A stretch of DNA of 64,000 bases from a virus (lineage: Duplodnaviria > Caudoviricetes), in the IMG/VR virus record IMGVR_UViG_2562617147_000003, positions 10,046 through 74,045 of that record; one strand, given 5' to 3'. Both the position numbers and the translations under genes were made by a program. This document shows, piece after piece, positions 27,872-39,300 of this stretch; the first letter of the stretch is position 1; each line of letters begins with the position of its first letter. The notes below the pieces were generated by a model. It saw nothing but the letters and a program-made list of their open reading frames with translations. It was not told where the DNA came from and searched no databases.

Positions 27872-30335
27872 GCTGGCCTTTGCACACAAGAAACCATTCG
27901 ACCTCCGGAAACTGGACGAAATGTCCCTGATGCCGACACCTTCCGCCGGGGAATACCTGGGCGAGCATGTGGCCCAGGCCTTTGACCGGACCATCCCCGG
28001 GCGCGTGCTGGAAGAGCAGGCCATTCTGGACGCCGAAAAGGCCGAGGGCACGTATGATCCCGACTATCTGCCGCAGCGGGAAGCGCGCGACATGTTCGGC
28101 TCCTTTCCGGATATGCCGGAACTGCGTCATGCGCACGCTATACCGGAAGATGAGTGGAAGGCGTCTCCTTACTATCGCAAGGGGGTGCAATATCGTCCGG
28201 ACATGACCGCCACGCGGGCTCGCATCCTGTCGGAAAATTACGATGAGCGGCGCTTCCGGGAAGAACTCATTGCCAACGGCGACGCTGCCTACGGTCCGGG
28301 CGTGAAAGCGGCGGCTTTCGGGGCCATGTTGCTGGGCAGCCTGCCGGACCCGGTGAACGTTCTGCCCCTGGGCGGCGGCGTGCGGGCCGCTTCTTTGCTG
28401 GGCAAGGCCGGATTGAAAGCGGCCATCGGAGCCGGGGCCAAGGCGGGCATTGTGGAGGGCGCTGCGGGCGCACTGCTCTCCGACGCGCTGACTCTGCCCG
28501 ATCTGGCGGCCCGGGGCGAAGACGTGGGCTTTGTCGATGTGATGCTGGACACTGCCTTCGGTGCTTCCCTGGGCGGTGGGCTGGGAGCCCTGGGCGGCGG
28601 CATCGGCGGCTATCTGGGCAAACGCCGAGCCCAGGCGCAAGCGCTTTTGGCAGAGCGGGCGCTGCTTCGGCACGCGGAACTGCTGCGTGAGGCCGATGTA
28701 CGGGAAAAAGCGGCTTTGGCCGTGACGACGGAGTTCGGCGCGCTGGACAATAATTTCCTCAATTCCGGCTGGCATGCCTTTGAGGACAACCCGGACGACT
28801 TCTTTCTGAGCCGGGCCGGACGCGACGGCGGGCCCGGCGCGTCGTTGGCGACACGTGCCGAGACTTTTTTCGGTCTCCTTGATGAAGTTGATCTGGGCAT
28901 CGCCCGGCGTGATCGCTGGCGCATCTGGACAGCCGAGTTTCAGAAGCAGCTCGAAGATGCCGGGTTCTCTTCCCAGAAGGCGGAATCATTCAGTGACGTG
29001 CTGGGCGCGCACGCCGAGGTCATGGCCCCCATGTACGGCATGGAGCCGGGGCAGTGGCTGGAGCACAGGCTTGCGGGTTTCCGGCAGATGAGTCCGGAAG
29101 AATTTGCCGCAGTACGCGAGGGCTTTTTATATGACGCGCCCGGACGCGAAGCGGCGGACTTGCGGCAAGCCACAGGCGAAGGACGGGGCGCGAACCCCAT
29201 TGCCGACGCCGTCTGGGGGCAGCTTGACCGCGCGGCTATCCGTGAGGGCTATGGCCAGGACGTTGTACGGGCCATTGAGGAGCGTTACGGGCGAGGCGTG
29301 TTTGCCAAGACCAGCGGCGGGAAGGCCAAGGACCGCGCGACCCTGAGCAATGACGGTCTGGCTTCGGAGCTTTCCCGGCGCGGGCTTTTGCCGGAAGGCT
29401 CCAGCCTGGACGATATGGTAAACTATCTGGCCACGGGCGAAGGCGTGGACACGGGCCGGGCGCTGTATCAGCCCGCCGACATGGTGCGCCCCCTTCCCCA
29501 ACGCTTCGCGGATATGCCCACCCTAGAGGCCGACAGCTCGCACTGGTTCGGCAAGGGGAAGGAGATTGAGGCCGACAAGAAGAATCTACGCAAGAATATC
29601 AAAGAATGGGCCAAAGAACATTTTTCCAGAGATACAACTGTCTCCAATGCGGATACGGGATGGGATGTGCGGGTAACGCCCAAGGGTATCGAAAACTCGC
29701 TTTCGCATGGATTTGATGAACCACTGGCCCGTTCCGTGCCCTTCATTCCGCAGATTGTGGAAGGCGGCATTCATGTTGCGACCACAGAGAAAAAAGCCGG
29801 CCTCATGTCGCATATTTTTGCGAACAAGGTCAGGCTGGACGGAAATGACTATGTAGTGGGCTTTGTGCTGCGCGAGGATGATAACGGGAATCGTTTTTAT
29901 GACCATGAGCTGACGGAAATAATCGACCCCGGTTGGTTATACCGGGACCCGCTCTCCAAAAAGGAAACGTTGTACACCGGACCGGCCAACCGGGGTCTTG
30001 ACCCCGATCGGCTCGCACCGGGCAGAGACACTTCCGAAGAAGCCTTGGGACACCGGACCAATCGGGGTGATGTGATGAACATACTCCGGGAAAAGCTGGG
30101 CGTCAATGACGGCAGCGGGCGGATTCTGTTTCACGCCGCGGACGGCGATCCGGCCAACGCGCGCGGGGCCCTCGTCTTCCGGCCCGAGGATGGCCAGGCG
30201 CTCATTGCCCTGTTCAAGGGCAAGCGGGACATTTCCACAGTCATTCACGAGGGCGCCGACCGGGCCGCCAGAGTCGAGAGATACGGGGAACTTGGGCAAA
30301 CCGTGCTGGAATGCGTCATGGAGGTGGCGGAATAA
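27861..30335 (+). CDS. Ejection/polyvalent protein with LPD3-like domain; probable internal deletion at HExxH
   Basis: ALYQ linker, VSNADTGWDV...GNRFYDHELT; STVIHEGA followed abruptly by a terminal helix. Confidence 0.65.
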   Translation: MIFELAFAHKKPFDLRKLDEMSLMPTPSAGEYLGEHVAQAFDRTIPGRVLEEQAILDAEKAEGTYDPDYLPQREARDMFGSFPDMPELRHAHAIPEDEWKASPYYRKGVQYRPDMTATRARILSENYDERRFREELIANGDAAYGPGVKAAAFGAMLLGSLPDPVNVLPLGGGVRAASLLGKAGLKAAIGAGAKAGIVEGAAGALLSDALTLPDLAARGEDVGFVDVMLDTAFGASLGGGLGALGGGIGGYLGKRRAQAQALLAERALLRHAELLREADVREKAALAVTTEFGALDNNFLNSGWHAFEDNPDDFFLSRAGRDGGPGASLATRAETFFGLLDEVDLGIARRDRWRIWTAEFQKQLEDAGFSSQKAESFSDVLGAHAEVMAPMYGMEPGQWLEHRLAGFRQMSPEEFAAVREGFLYDAPGREAADLRQATGEGRGANPIADAVWGQLDRAAIREGYGQDVVRAIEERYGRGVFAKTSGGKAKDRATLSNDGLASELSRRGLLPEGSSLDDMVNYLATGEGVDTGRALYQPADMVRPLPQRFADMPTLEADSSHWFGKGKEIEADKKNLRKNIKEWAKEHFSRDTTVSNADTGWDVRVTPKGIENSLSHGFDEPLARSVPFIPQIVEGGIHVATTEKKAGLMSHIFANKVRLDGNDYVVGFVLREDDNGNRFYDHELTEIIDPGWLYRDPLSKKETLYTGPANRGLDPDRLAPGRDTSEEALGHRTNRGDVMNILREKLGVNDGSGRILFHAADGDPANARGALVFRPEDGQALIALFKGKRDISTVIHEGADRAARVERYGELGQTVLECVMEVAE

Positions 30336-32959
30336 TGGCCCTGAACAAGAGAGACTGCATTGCCGCCGTCAAACAGGCCGGGGCGTCTGAGCTGGAGGCC
30401 CTCGACATCGTGGACATGCTGCTGGAGCAAAAAGCCCGGTTGAAAGCCTCCGGCGACCTGACGCCGCAAAACCTTTCCCGCGCCTGGAGCGCCACCGCCG
30501 AAGGCCTGGCGCGCCAGCGGGCGATACAGCGCCGCCGCACTGCCCTGGGGCTGGTCAAGTTCCGCGAGGCTGCGGGCTTCGTTGATTCCGCCAAGGCCCA
30601 GGGAGTTTCGGCCATGGAAGGCATTCAAGCCCTGATGGTGGGCGTTTCCCGACGGTTTGACGGAGCGCGTCGTTCTGTATCCGCCTTGCGGCAGGGCATC
30701 TTCAAATCCTGGGCATCACCCATGCTGCGCGAACTGGAGGCCGTCGACAACGGCGCGGCCCTGCGCCTCATGCGCGAAGACAAGGCTTTTCATGACAGCG
30801 TATTCCGCGAAATGCGCGAACCGGACAGCACGGGCGACAAAAACGCTCGCGCCATTGCCGACATCTTCAGCCGCTACACGGAGCAGAGCCGCGTCCGGCT
30901 CAACGCCGCCGGGGCGGACATCGGCAAACTGGACGGCTGGACGCCGCAGACCCATGATCCCTATAAGCTTATGGCGGGCGGCGAGGCCGGGCGCGCGAAA
31001 TGGGTTGATTTCATGCTGCCCCGTCTTGATCTGGAGCGCACTTTCGACGGCGTGGGCCTGGTGGACGCAAACCGTGCCCGCGAGTTGCTTAACGGCGTGT
31101 ACGATACCTTGACCATGGGCAGGAATCCGCACATGCCCGGCGACTTCACGGGCGGCGGCGCTTCCGTCCCCGGCCCGCGCAATCTGGCGTCCGGCATGGG
31201 CAAGAGCCGCGTGCTCCATTTCAAGGACGCGCAAGGCGCGCTGGAGTATCATGACGCCTACGGACGCGGCAACATTTTCGACGCCATGCTCCGGCATCTG
31301 GAGCAAGACGCGCGGGCCCTGGCCCTCATGGAACGGCTGGGGCCAAATCCGCAGTACACGCTGGAAAGACTTCTGGCTCATGAAAAGCGCGCGCTCAAGG
31401 ACAACGCCGTCCTGACTCCCGAAGAAAAAGCGCGGCAGATGCGGGAGTTGGACAATGCCTTTTCCGGCGGCATCATCCGCCAGGGCAGGGTTTCCGCATG
31501 GCTGGCGGAGCTGACAGGAGAAACCAGCTGGGCGGTGCATCCCACGCTGGCCAGAGTCGGGGCCGTGCTGCGCGCGTCGCAAAATCTTTCCAAGTTGGGC
31601 GGCGCGTCCCTCTCGGCCATTGCCGACGTATTCACCAAGGCGGCATCCATGCGCGTCAACGGCGAGACATGGCCCGGGGCAATAGGAAAAAGCCTTGCCC
31701 AGTATATCCAGGGATTCAGCGGCAAGGAAAAGGACGTCGCCCGGCAGTGCGGGGCCTTTCTGGATCATGTGCGCGGCGACATCGTTGCCCGCTGGGATGA
31801 CGCCAGCGGCATGCCTGGAGTGCTGGCCGACCTTCAGGACAAGCTTTTCCGCTGGAGCGGTTTGAACTGGATCACCGAGCGCGGCAAGGCGGGTTATACG
31901 CTCTGGTTGTCGGAGCACCTGGGAGAAGTGTCCGGCAAGGCCTTCGATCAGTTGGACGGACCGCGCCGGGCCATGTTGCAATACCACGGGGTGGATCCGG
32001 AACGCTGGGAGGCCATGCGCAAAATGAGCCACCAGGCCGAGGACGGCAAGGCCTACTTCACGCCGGAAGCCGCTGCGTACTTAACGGACGCCGACCTTGC
32101 GCCGCTCTTGCCGGAGCATGCGAAGAACGCGCCGCCGGACGTCCAGGCGCGTGAGCTGGCCCGTATCCGCGACAGCCTGCGCTTTGACAGCATGGCCATG
32201 CTGGCCGATGAAACCGCCTTTGCCATCATTGAGCCGGACGACGCTACCCGCGCCATCATGCGCCAGGGCACGCGGCCCGGAACCGGGGCGGGCGAAGTCT
32301 GGCGGGCCATAATGCAGTTCAAATCCTTCCCCATAGCCTACATGCAACGCGTGCTTGGCGGCCGCCGCTGGGTACGCGGCGATTTGCAGAGAGGCATGCG
32401 CTACGGCCCGCGCAATCTGCCGGGGGCGGTCGAGGATGCGTTGACGCGGGATATGGGCGGGCTCATGGGGTTTGTGCTCAGCTCCGTGGCCTTCGGCTAC
32501 GCGTCCATGACGCTCAAGGATCTGGCCAAGGGCCGGGAGCCGCGCAGTCTGGCCCACAGGGAAACCTGGCTGGCCGCCGCGATGCAGTCCGGCGGAGCGG
32601 GCATTTTCGGAGACATCCTTTTCGGCAAGGTCAACCGTTTCGGCAACAGTTTTGCGGAAACCGCAGTGGGGCCGCTGGGCGGGCTCATCGGCGACGCGGC
32701 CACCTTGGGCGGCCAGCTTGTGCGCGGCGACATGGCCGATGCCGGAGAGGACACGTTGCGCCTGGCCATGGGTAACGCGCCCTTCATCAACCTCTGGTAC
32801 ACCCGCGCCGCCCTGGACTGGATGCTGCTCTACCATGTGCGGGAAATGATGTCGCCGGGAACCCTGCGACGCACGGAACGCAAGATGAAAAAGGAGTTCG
32901 GGCAGGAGTTTCTTTTTCCGCCGTCGCAATTCATCCGGCGGGGTGGGGGATTCCGGTAG
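30335..32959 (+). CDS. Large internal virion/ejection protein
   Basis: TAATG overlap; RVRLNAAGADIGKLDGWTPQTH, MQFKSFPI, GGAGIFGD, PFINLWY. Confidence 0.75.
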   Translation: MALNKRDCIAAVKQAGASELEALDIVDMLLEQKARLKASGDLTPQNLSRAWSATAEGLARQRAIQRRRTALGLVKFREAAGFVDSAKAQGVSAMEGIQALMVGVSRRFDGARRSVSALRQGIFKSWASPMLRELEAVDNGAALRLMREDKAFHDSVFREMREPDSTGDKNARAIADIFSRYTEQSRVRLNAAGADIGKLDGWTPQTHDPYKLMAGGEAGRAKWVDFMLPRLDLERTFDGVGLVDANRARELLNGVYDTLTMGRNPHMPGDFTGGGASVPGPRNLASGMGKSRVLHFKDAQGALEYHDAYGRGNIFDAMLRHLEQDARALALMERLGPNPQYTLERLLAHEKRALKDNAVLTPEEKARQMRELDNAFSGGIIRQGRVSAWLAELTGETSWAVHPTLARVGAVLRASQNLSKLGGASLSAIADVFTKAASMRVNGETWPGAIGKSLAQYIQGFSGKEKDVARQCGAFLDHVRGDIVARWDDASGMPGVLADLQDKLFRWSGLNWITERGKAGYTLWLSEHLGEVSGKAFDQLDGPRRAMLQYHGVDPERWEAMRKMSHQAEDGKAYFTPEAAAYLTDADLAPLLPEHAKNAPPDVQARELARIRDSLRFDSMAMLADETAFAIIEPDDATRAIMRQGTRPGTGAGEVWRAIMQFKSFPIAYMQRVLGGRRWVRGDLQRGMRYGPRNLPGAVEDALTRDMGGLMGFVLSSVAFGYASMTLKDLAKGREPRSLAHRETWLAAAMQSGGAGIFGDILFGKVNRFGNSFAETAVGPLGGLIGDAATLGGQLVRGDMADAGEDTLRLAMGNAPFINLWYTRAALDWMLLYHVREMMSPGTLRRTERKMKKEFGQEFLFPPSQFIRRGGGFR

Positions 32960-33035
32960 AAGCTTCGGGAGGCTCCTGTAGAAATTTTCGGCTCCGTCTA
33001 GAAGAGAGCCCCATGAAATCCGAGGGAACTCAAAG

Positions 33036-33653
33036 CTAGTTGAGAAGGCTATCAATGGTTCTTTTGAAATCCTTGATTCTGTCTTCGAGATTACGGAGCT
33101 CGTCGTTGTTCTGATTCTTTTTTGGGGAAGGCTTAGTTGACTGCGTTGAAAAAATTTCTTCCATTACTGGAAATTTGATTTTTTGGTTTTGTTTTTCACG
33201 TAACTCTTGAATGTATGGACTATATTCAGTAGCAATACTTGCTTCTATTTCTTTGTATGAATGATCTATAAGTATTATATCAATAAAAAATATAATTATT
33301 ACGATAAGTAAAAAATTAATTAGAATTTTAAAACTTTTTCTTTCTCTTATTATATAAAAGTATCGCATTGATATAAAAATGAATATTAAAATTGAAATAG
33401 AAATAATGGTTAGAGTTATACTCTTCTTTTTGTTTTTTATCTCTGACAGCATCACTTGTTCTGTGATATACGGTGATTCATCTATATCTTGTGGGGTTAG
33501 GCCTGGTCTATCTGCAAAAGCAGATTCAAACACACCGATCTGAATATAATTCCCTGGTTGTTGCGAGGGCGCAGAGGTGTCCGCTCGAGCCACCGGCGCA
33601 ATCACGCACAAAAGGAGAAGCGCCAGCAGCGCACAGCCCACAAGTCTTTTCAT
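33036..33653 (-). CDS. AT-rich exported/membrane moron protein
   Basis: Signal peptide plus two TM helices; antisense to the phage late genes. Confidence 0.6.
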   Translation of the reverse strand: MKRLVGCALLALLLLCVIAPVARADTSAPSQQPGNYIQIGVFESAFADRPGLTPQDIDESPYITEQVMLSEIKNKKKSITLTIISISILIFIFISMRYFYIIRERKSFKILINFLLIVIIIFFIDIILIDHSYKEIEASIATEYSPYIQELREKQNQKIKFPVMEEIFSTQSTKPSPKKNQNNDELRNLEDRIKDFKRTIDSLLN

Positions 33654-33966
33654 GGCTTAATTTTAAACGGCCTTGGGGGCTTTGACAACCACAGAGGGAT
33701 AAAAGGACGGGCCGGGGGATGGAGGTCATCCTCGGCTCGTTTCTATGCCAATGAGGGCAGTATGGCTTGTTGCTGGTGCTTGTTGACGGGGGTTACATAG
33801 GGTTTGTCTTTGATGTTGACGGGGTTGAAATTTATTTACATCCTGGAGTAGCACAAGCTTAATCTGCTTGGTTTTACTAATAATACTTCTTAATCCTGTA
33901 TGATTATTAATTATATTAATGTGTTACTTTCAGTGTGGAAATATCCTACGGAAAGCGAGGTTAAAA

Positions 33967-35523
33967 ATGGATCTGTCTTCGCTGGTAAAAGATTTCAGTA
34001 CAACGCCGTTCCTTTTTGTGGGGTCTGGTTTTTCTCGGAGATACTACGGTCTTCCCGACTGGAAAGGCCTTTTGCAGATTTTTGTCCAAAGAATGAGCAA
34101 CGATGAGTTTGCGTTCAACAAGTATATAAGCAGGGCTGAAGGCCTTATAAATTCTGGAAAAGAAGGAATCCTGCTTGCCGTTACCGCCGGACTCATCATG
34201 CAAGATTTTGACAGACTTTGGTATGAGGATTCTTCTTTCCGTCAGCTGAGGGATTCCTACAAGGTGTTTGTGAAGAATGGGCAGTCACCATTTAAGGTAG
34301 AGGTAGCCCAATATATTGATAACCATTCCGTCCCTGTGGAAACCATGCGAGGCGAGCTGGCAAAATTGAAAGAACTTTCCCGCCGTAGCTTGGCTGGCAT
34401 TATTACCACCAATTATGACTGCCTTCTTGAGATGGAAATGGAGGATTATAAAACCTTCGTTGGGCAAGAAGAACTTATCTTCTCCGCGCTCCAGGGCTGG
34501 GCGGAGATATACAAGATACATGGTTCTGTTACCAATCCGGGTACTATTATCATTACAGATAAAGATTACAGGGGATTTAAGGAATACAGTCCTTATCTTG
34601 CGGCAAAACTTATGACTATATTTATTGAGTTTCCAATTATATTTATTGGATATTCAATAAATGACCCTAATATCCGTATAATATTGGAAGAGCTTGGTAG
34701 ATGTCTTTCGAAGGAAAATCTTCAAAGGCTTCAGCGCCGCTTTATCTATGTGGAGCATAAGAAGGATAAACATGATATAGAATTTTTTGAACATTCCATA
34801 GTGATTCGTGACGACTATATCCATATGACTGGCATTAGAACAGACAATTTTATGGCAATTTATGAAGCACTTGCTGAAAAACGGGCTTCTCTTCCTGCCA
34901 AGCTTATTCGTATGTTCAAACAGGAATTTTATACTTTTGCGCTGACTAGCGAACCTACGGCCAGAATACGGGTAGCTAATATTGATGACGCACGAGTAAG
35001 AGATGAAGATCTCATGATTGCGATTGGGAAAGCGTCGGAGTTTGGTTTGAGGGGATTGTCCGGCATGACGATGAAAGAATGGTATCAACATGTTGTTCTA
35101 CATGATCTTGAATTCTCTGCTGACGACATCCTAACGTATGCTTTTCCTGTCTTGCATAGAAAAAACATGGCCCTGCCGTTGAACATGCTGCTGAACGAGG
35201 CAAACAGGTCATACCCTGAATGCGAAGCAAACAGATGTGCTAGTTTTGATTCTATACTAAACTCAAATTATAGAAAAGGAAGGAATAGAACTATAGAGGT
35301 GAGAAGCATAAATGGAATCATTAAATGTTTTAATAATGATATGCATAAAATCATATATGAGATTCCGTATCTCAAGGAATCAGAGATTGATGTAGAGGAG
35401 TTGGAAGCCTATCTGAGAGGACTCTTTTATCAAAAAGGGCTTTATAATAACCTAGATAACAATAAAAGGTCAGATCTGCACAGAGTGGTACGGATATTTG
35501 ATTATCTCAAATATGGCAGATAA
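33967..35523 (+). CDS. SIR2-like domain protein (candidate anti-phage NADase)
   Basis: FVGSGFS...LPDW, ITTNYD, YKIHGS, PIIFIGYSINDPNI; GAGG RBS; low GC. Confidence 0.85.
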   Translation: MDLSSLVKDFSTTPFLFVGSGFSRRYYGLPDWKGLLQIFVQRMSNDEFAFNKYISRAEGLINSGKEGILLAVTAGLIMQDFDRLWYEDSSFRQLRDSYKVFVKNGQSPFKVEVAQYIDNHSVPVETMRGELAKLKELSRRSLAGIITTNYDCLLEMEMEDYKTFVGQEELIFSALQGWAEIYKIHGSVTNPGTIIITDKDYRGFKEYSPYLAAKLMTIFIEFPIIFIGYSINDPNIRIILEELGRCLSKENLQRLQRRFIYVEHKKDKHDIEFFEHSIVIRDDYIHMTGIRTDNFMAIYEALAEKRASLPAKLIRMFKQEFYTFALTSEPTARIRVANIDDARVRDEDLMIAIGKASEFGLRGLSGMTMKEWYQHVVLHDLEFSADDILTYAFPVLHRKNMALPLNMLLNEANRSYPECEANRCASFDSILNSNYRKGRNRTIEVRSINGIIKCFNNDMHKIIYEIPYLKESEIDVEELEAYLRGLFYQKGLYNNLDNNKRSDLHRVVRIFDYLKYGR

Positions 35524-35709
35524 CAAAAAGCCTTGGCCTAGTGGATACTCTCTATCCACAAAGAACCAAGACTTCTTGCACATAAAATACATTAAGTTGG
35601 GGCACAACAAATACGCAGTCCCCCTCTCCGATAGTGGACATTTCGTATCCTGTACCCGTGCAAAAAATAGATGAAAATTGAGTTTTGTCAACTCATACGC
35701 GCCTGCAGG

Positions 35710-35853
35710 TCAGGCGCGGTGGTCAAAGTAGACTTGCCGCTCAAGCATCCTTTTCCCGGTATTGAAGCTGTCATTGGTGGTATTTCCGGAGGCCAGAGCC
35801 ATGATCGGCAGCGCGATCAGGGCAAGGGCAAGGATGATTTTTTTCATGCTCAT
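35710..35853 (-). pseudogene. Truncated endonuclease I (EndA/Dns-like) N-terminus
   Basis: Signal peptide plus GNTTNDSFNTGKRMLERQVYFDHR, then stop. Confidence 0.55.
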
Positions 35854-35959
35854 CCCTAACAAATAGCCGATATTGCCGCAAGACGGGATATTGCGGGCAC
35901 GAAAAAGCCGCCCGTAGGCGGCTGGGGAGATATGCCCTGCGTTTTTCTGATGAGCGCGG

Positions 35960-36060
35960 GGATGGGGAAAGTAGGTAGAGGGGGCGCTTTTCGCCCTTGG
36001 CGTCGGTGCATTCAACCAGCTCAAAGTTGAGCGCGTTGAATGATTTTGCACAGTTATGAA
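35960..36060 (-). pseudogene. Rha-family regulator fragment
   Basis: CAKSFNALNFELVECTDAKGEKRPLYLL. Confidence 0.5.
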
Positions 36061-36149
36061 TACTCTGTTCAGGCAGATATGAGGAGCGCTTAAAATTCAG
36101 CAGTCCTCCGACGAGTGGAAGGACCGGGAACCGATTCCGGTCAGGTCCG

Positions 36150-36225
36150 AGAGCGGTGTAGGACAAGAACTTGAAATGCGCATCATCTCCGAGTCCGGCC
36201 TGTCCGCCCTTGTCTTCCGTAGCGG
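36150..36225 (+). pseudogene. BRO-N antirepressor fragment
   Basis: Translates as GQELEMRIISESGLSALVFRS. Confidence 0.45.
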
Positions 36226-36342
36226 TGCTAGCAATTTGCTAACATGCTGCTTCTTTCAATGTTTTTTTGTTCACTGAAAGCGCGATCTTGTTTCACTATA
36301 AGCGCTTGTTTTCATGCATATTCACCATGAAATATAAAGTAA

Positions 36343-39300
36343 TTTCGGCCCTTTGAAGGCCCGCAAAGCGCTTTTGCGCACTGGCTCCGGCAAAACAAAG
36401 CCACCGCGCTTTATCAGAGCGCCGGCGGCTCTCCGGCTCAACCCAAGCCCGCCGAGGCGGGGCGTGTCTCTGAACTCAAGCAGGGTGGCTTTGAACACAC
36501 ACTAGCTGAAGAGGGCGGCACTGACAAGAGTCCCGGTGACGCCTCCGCCATACCCCGTCGGCGTGCGCCGGTCATTGAGGTTCGCGGCGATGAGCTGGGC
36601 GTGCCGGAGGGCGCGCCCAGCAGGGAGTACCAGAAAGCCGCCCGCGAATTGTACCGGAAATTACAGAAGACGCCAGCGCAGCGGGAGGATCTGGGAGAAA
36701 TCAGGTTTACCAAGGCAGGGTGGAGCGAAGCGGCGCGCACCGGCGCGGATCCGAGAAAGTGGCGGCTTTTTCCGAAATTGAAAGAAATCATCGAGGGCGC
36801 GGCGTACATTGAGCGCCATGAGCTCAGGAAGCAGCGCAAAGATAATATTATCGCCTTTCACTGGCTGGAAACCGATGTTGCATTGGGGGGCGAAAATCTT
36901 CGCGTGGGGGTGCAGATTGCGGAAGATGCCGACGGCAACAAATTCTACAACCTGAACCAGGATTTGGAGGGATGGAGTCAAAAATACGAAGCTCCCGGAG
37001 CAGATCCGGCTCTATCGGATGCCGGCCCCCAGGAGCTTCGCCAGAACGCGACAGCGCCTGTTGAAAACAGAATAGTTCCTGACGCCGACAGCGTCAACCT
37101 GCATATCCTGCCGCAAGAGGGAGGGCAGGGCGGCCCTGTGGTCCGGGGCTCCGTCACCCTCTCGCCCGAGAGCGCGGCCGCCCGCATTTTCAAGGAGGCC
37201 AATCTCTCCACCATCCCGCACGAATCCGCGCATATTTTTCTGGATGACCTCATGCGCGTGGCCGCGGACGACGGCTCCATCGCCCTGGGCAACATGCGCC
37301 GCTCCCTGGCTGATGCCCTCAAGGGCGAGGCCCCGGCCGTCCGCCGGACCGTGGACGCATTGCTGGCGGATGCCGCAAAATCCCCGGCCTATAAGCGCAT
37401 TGCCGCCCTGCGCACAGCCGTTGCCGAACTGCGCGCCAATGCGCGGGACGCCCGCGCCGCCTCGCGCGCCCATGCGGCGGCCGTGGAGGAGCTGCAGCGC
37501 CGGGCCAGGGAAAAGGGCGAAACCTTCCAGCCCGGCCAGACCCCGCCCTGGTTTGGCCACCAGGCCGCGCGCATCCTCTCCCGCGACCATGCTTCCGCCA
37601 ACGCCCGCGCCGCCAACATCGTCAGCCGTGCCGTGGGCCATCTCCACGCCCTGGACCAGGCCCGGGCCGATCTGCGCGCCCTGCGCCAATGGGCTCAGGT
37701 TCCTGTGGAAGGCGAGCTTGCCCAGGGCTCGGAAGAATGGACGAAATTCCATGAAACCGTGGCGCTCGGTTTCGAGCAATATCTCAGGGAGGGCAGGGCC
37801 CCCAGCCGCAAGCTGGAAGCGGCCTTCGCCCGCCTGCGTTCCTGGCTGCTGAAAGTGTACGGGCAGGCCCGCGACATTCTGGGCCTGCCCGTCAGCGACG
37901 ACGTGCGCCGCGTTTTCGACCGCATGCTGGCCACGGACGCACAGATCCGCCGGACGCGCGGGATGCGAAATGTCCTGGCCGCCGAGAGCGACTTCATGGG
38001 CAGCGGCCAGCTCCGGCATGACGAGTGGGACGAACTCAACGCCATGCGCGGCCAGGCCGAGCGCGAGGTGCAGGCCGCCATGGACCGCGCCACCCTGCGC
38101 GAACGCAACATGCGGTATAAAGAATACTACGCCGAGGCCCTGGCCGGGCTGGATGCGTCGCCCTTCTGGCAGATGGTGGGCGACCTCTCCGCGCGCACGC
38201 GCACGCCGGAGGGGCAATCCCTGGGCGGCCTCGACCGCGCCGGTGTCGCCCGCCTCATCGGCGAGGAGCAGACGGCGGAGCTTTCCCGCGCCCGGCACGG
38301 CATCATCAACGCCCGGGGCAATGGCTCGCCTGTGGACATGGCCGCCATGGAACAGGGCTATGAAGACGCGGACGCCCTTGTCCATGATCTCTACGACGCA
38401 CTGGTGGTCCGGGGCGAAAGCAAGAAAAAGCTGGCCGTCGCCCTGGCCGAGCAGCGCCTGGCCGAGGACGACAGGGCGGCCGAAGCCGATGCCCTGCTGC
38501 ACGGCGGCGAGAGCTACGCCGCCTATCTGGACAAGGTGGACGAGGTGGTGCTGCGTATCGCCGCCCGCAAGGGCTACCGCGGTGTGGAAGAACAGGACCG
38601 CTTTGTGCGCAACTCCATCACGCCCCGCAGCGTCGTCCGCAATCAGGCTTTCCAGATGTTGCACAACAGTCCCCTGCGCGACATCACGCCCGAACGCTAT
38701 CAGGCCATGCTCGACAAGGCGTTGCGCGACCGCTCCCGCGCCCTGGTGGACGGCGACGTGATGGCCGCCGTGCGCGCTGTGGACAATGCCCGCGTGGCCA
38801 ACGAACTGATCTGGTCCTCCCGCGACCAGTTGCGCCGCAGCGACGAACTGCTTGAGCTGGCCGCCAGAACAGCGGCCGCCAAGCCCGGAACTTTCCCCAC
38901 CATTCACCGCGAGGCCTTGCGCAAACTGCTGGAGCGTTACGGCCTGGCCCATATGCGCGGCCTGCCTGACCAGACGCTGGGCGCTTCCAGCCTGCGCGAG
39001 CTGGTGGAGAAAACCCTGCCCGGCGACGACGTGGCGGGCATTCTGCCCAGCTTTGCCGACTGGCTGCTCGACGGCGTGAATCCCGATACCGGCGCAGCCC
39101 TGCAGAACGGCCGTCAGTCCTGGCGTGATCTCACCCCCGCCCAGTTGCAGGAGGTGGAAAACCTGCTCCACTATCTGCGCCATGTCGGCTACGACGCCCG
39201 CACCGATGCCCGCAACAGCGAGGCCGCCAGGGTGGAGCTGACGGCCAACCAGGCGGCGGCGCGCATGCGGCCCCTGAAGGAAATGCCCAATGCCCCGGCG

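Noticed and set aside
35542-35555. 14-nt match (TGGATACTCTCTAT) between the hairpin after the SIR2 gene and a palindromic-element loop at ~11494
   Set aside because: A match of this length is expected by chance in 64 kb and the flanks do not align
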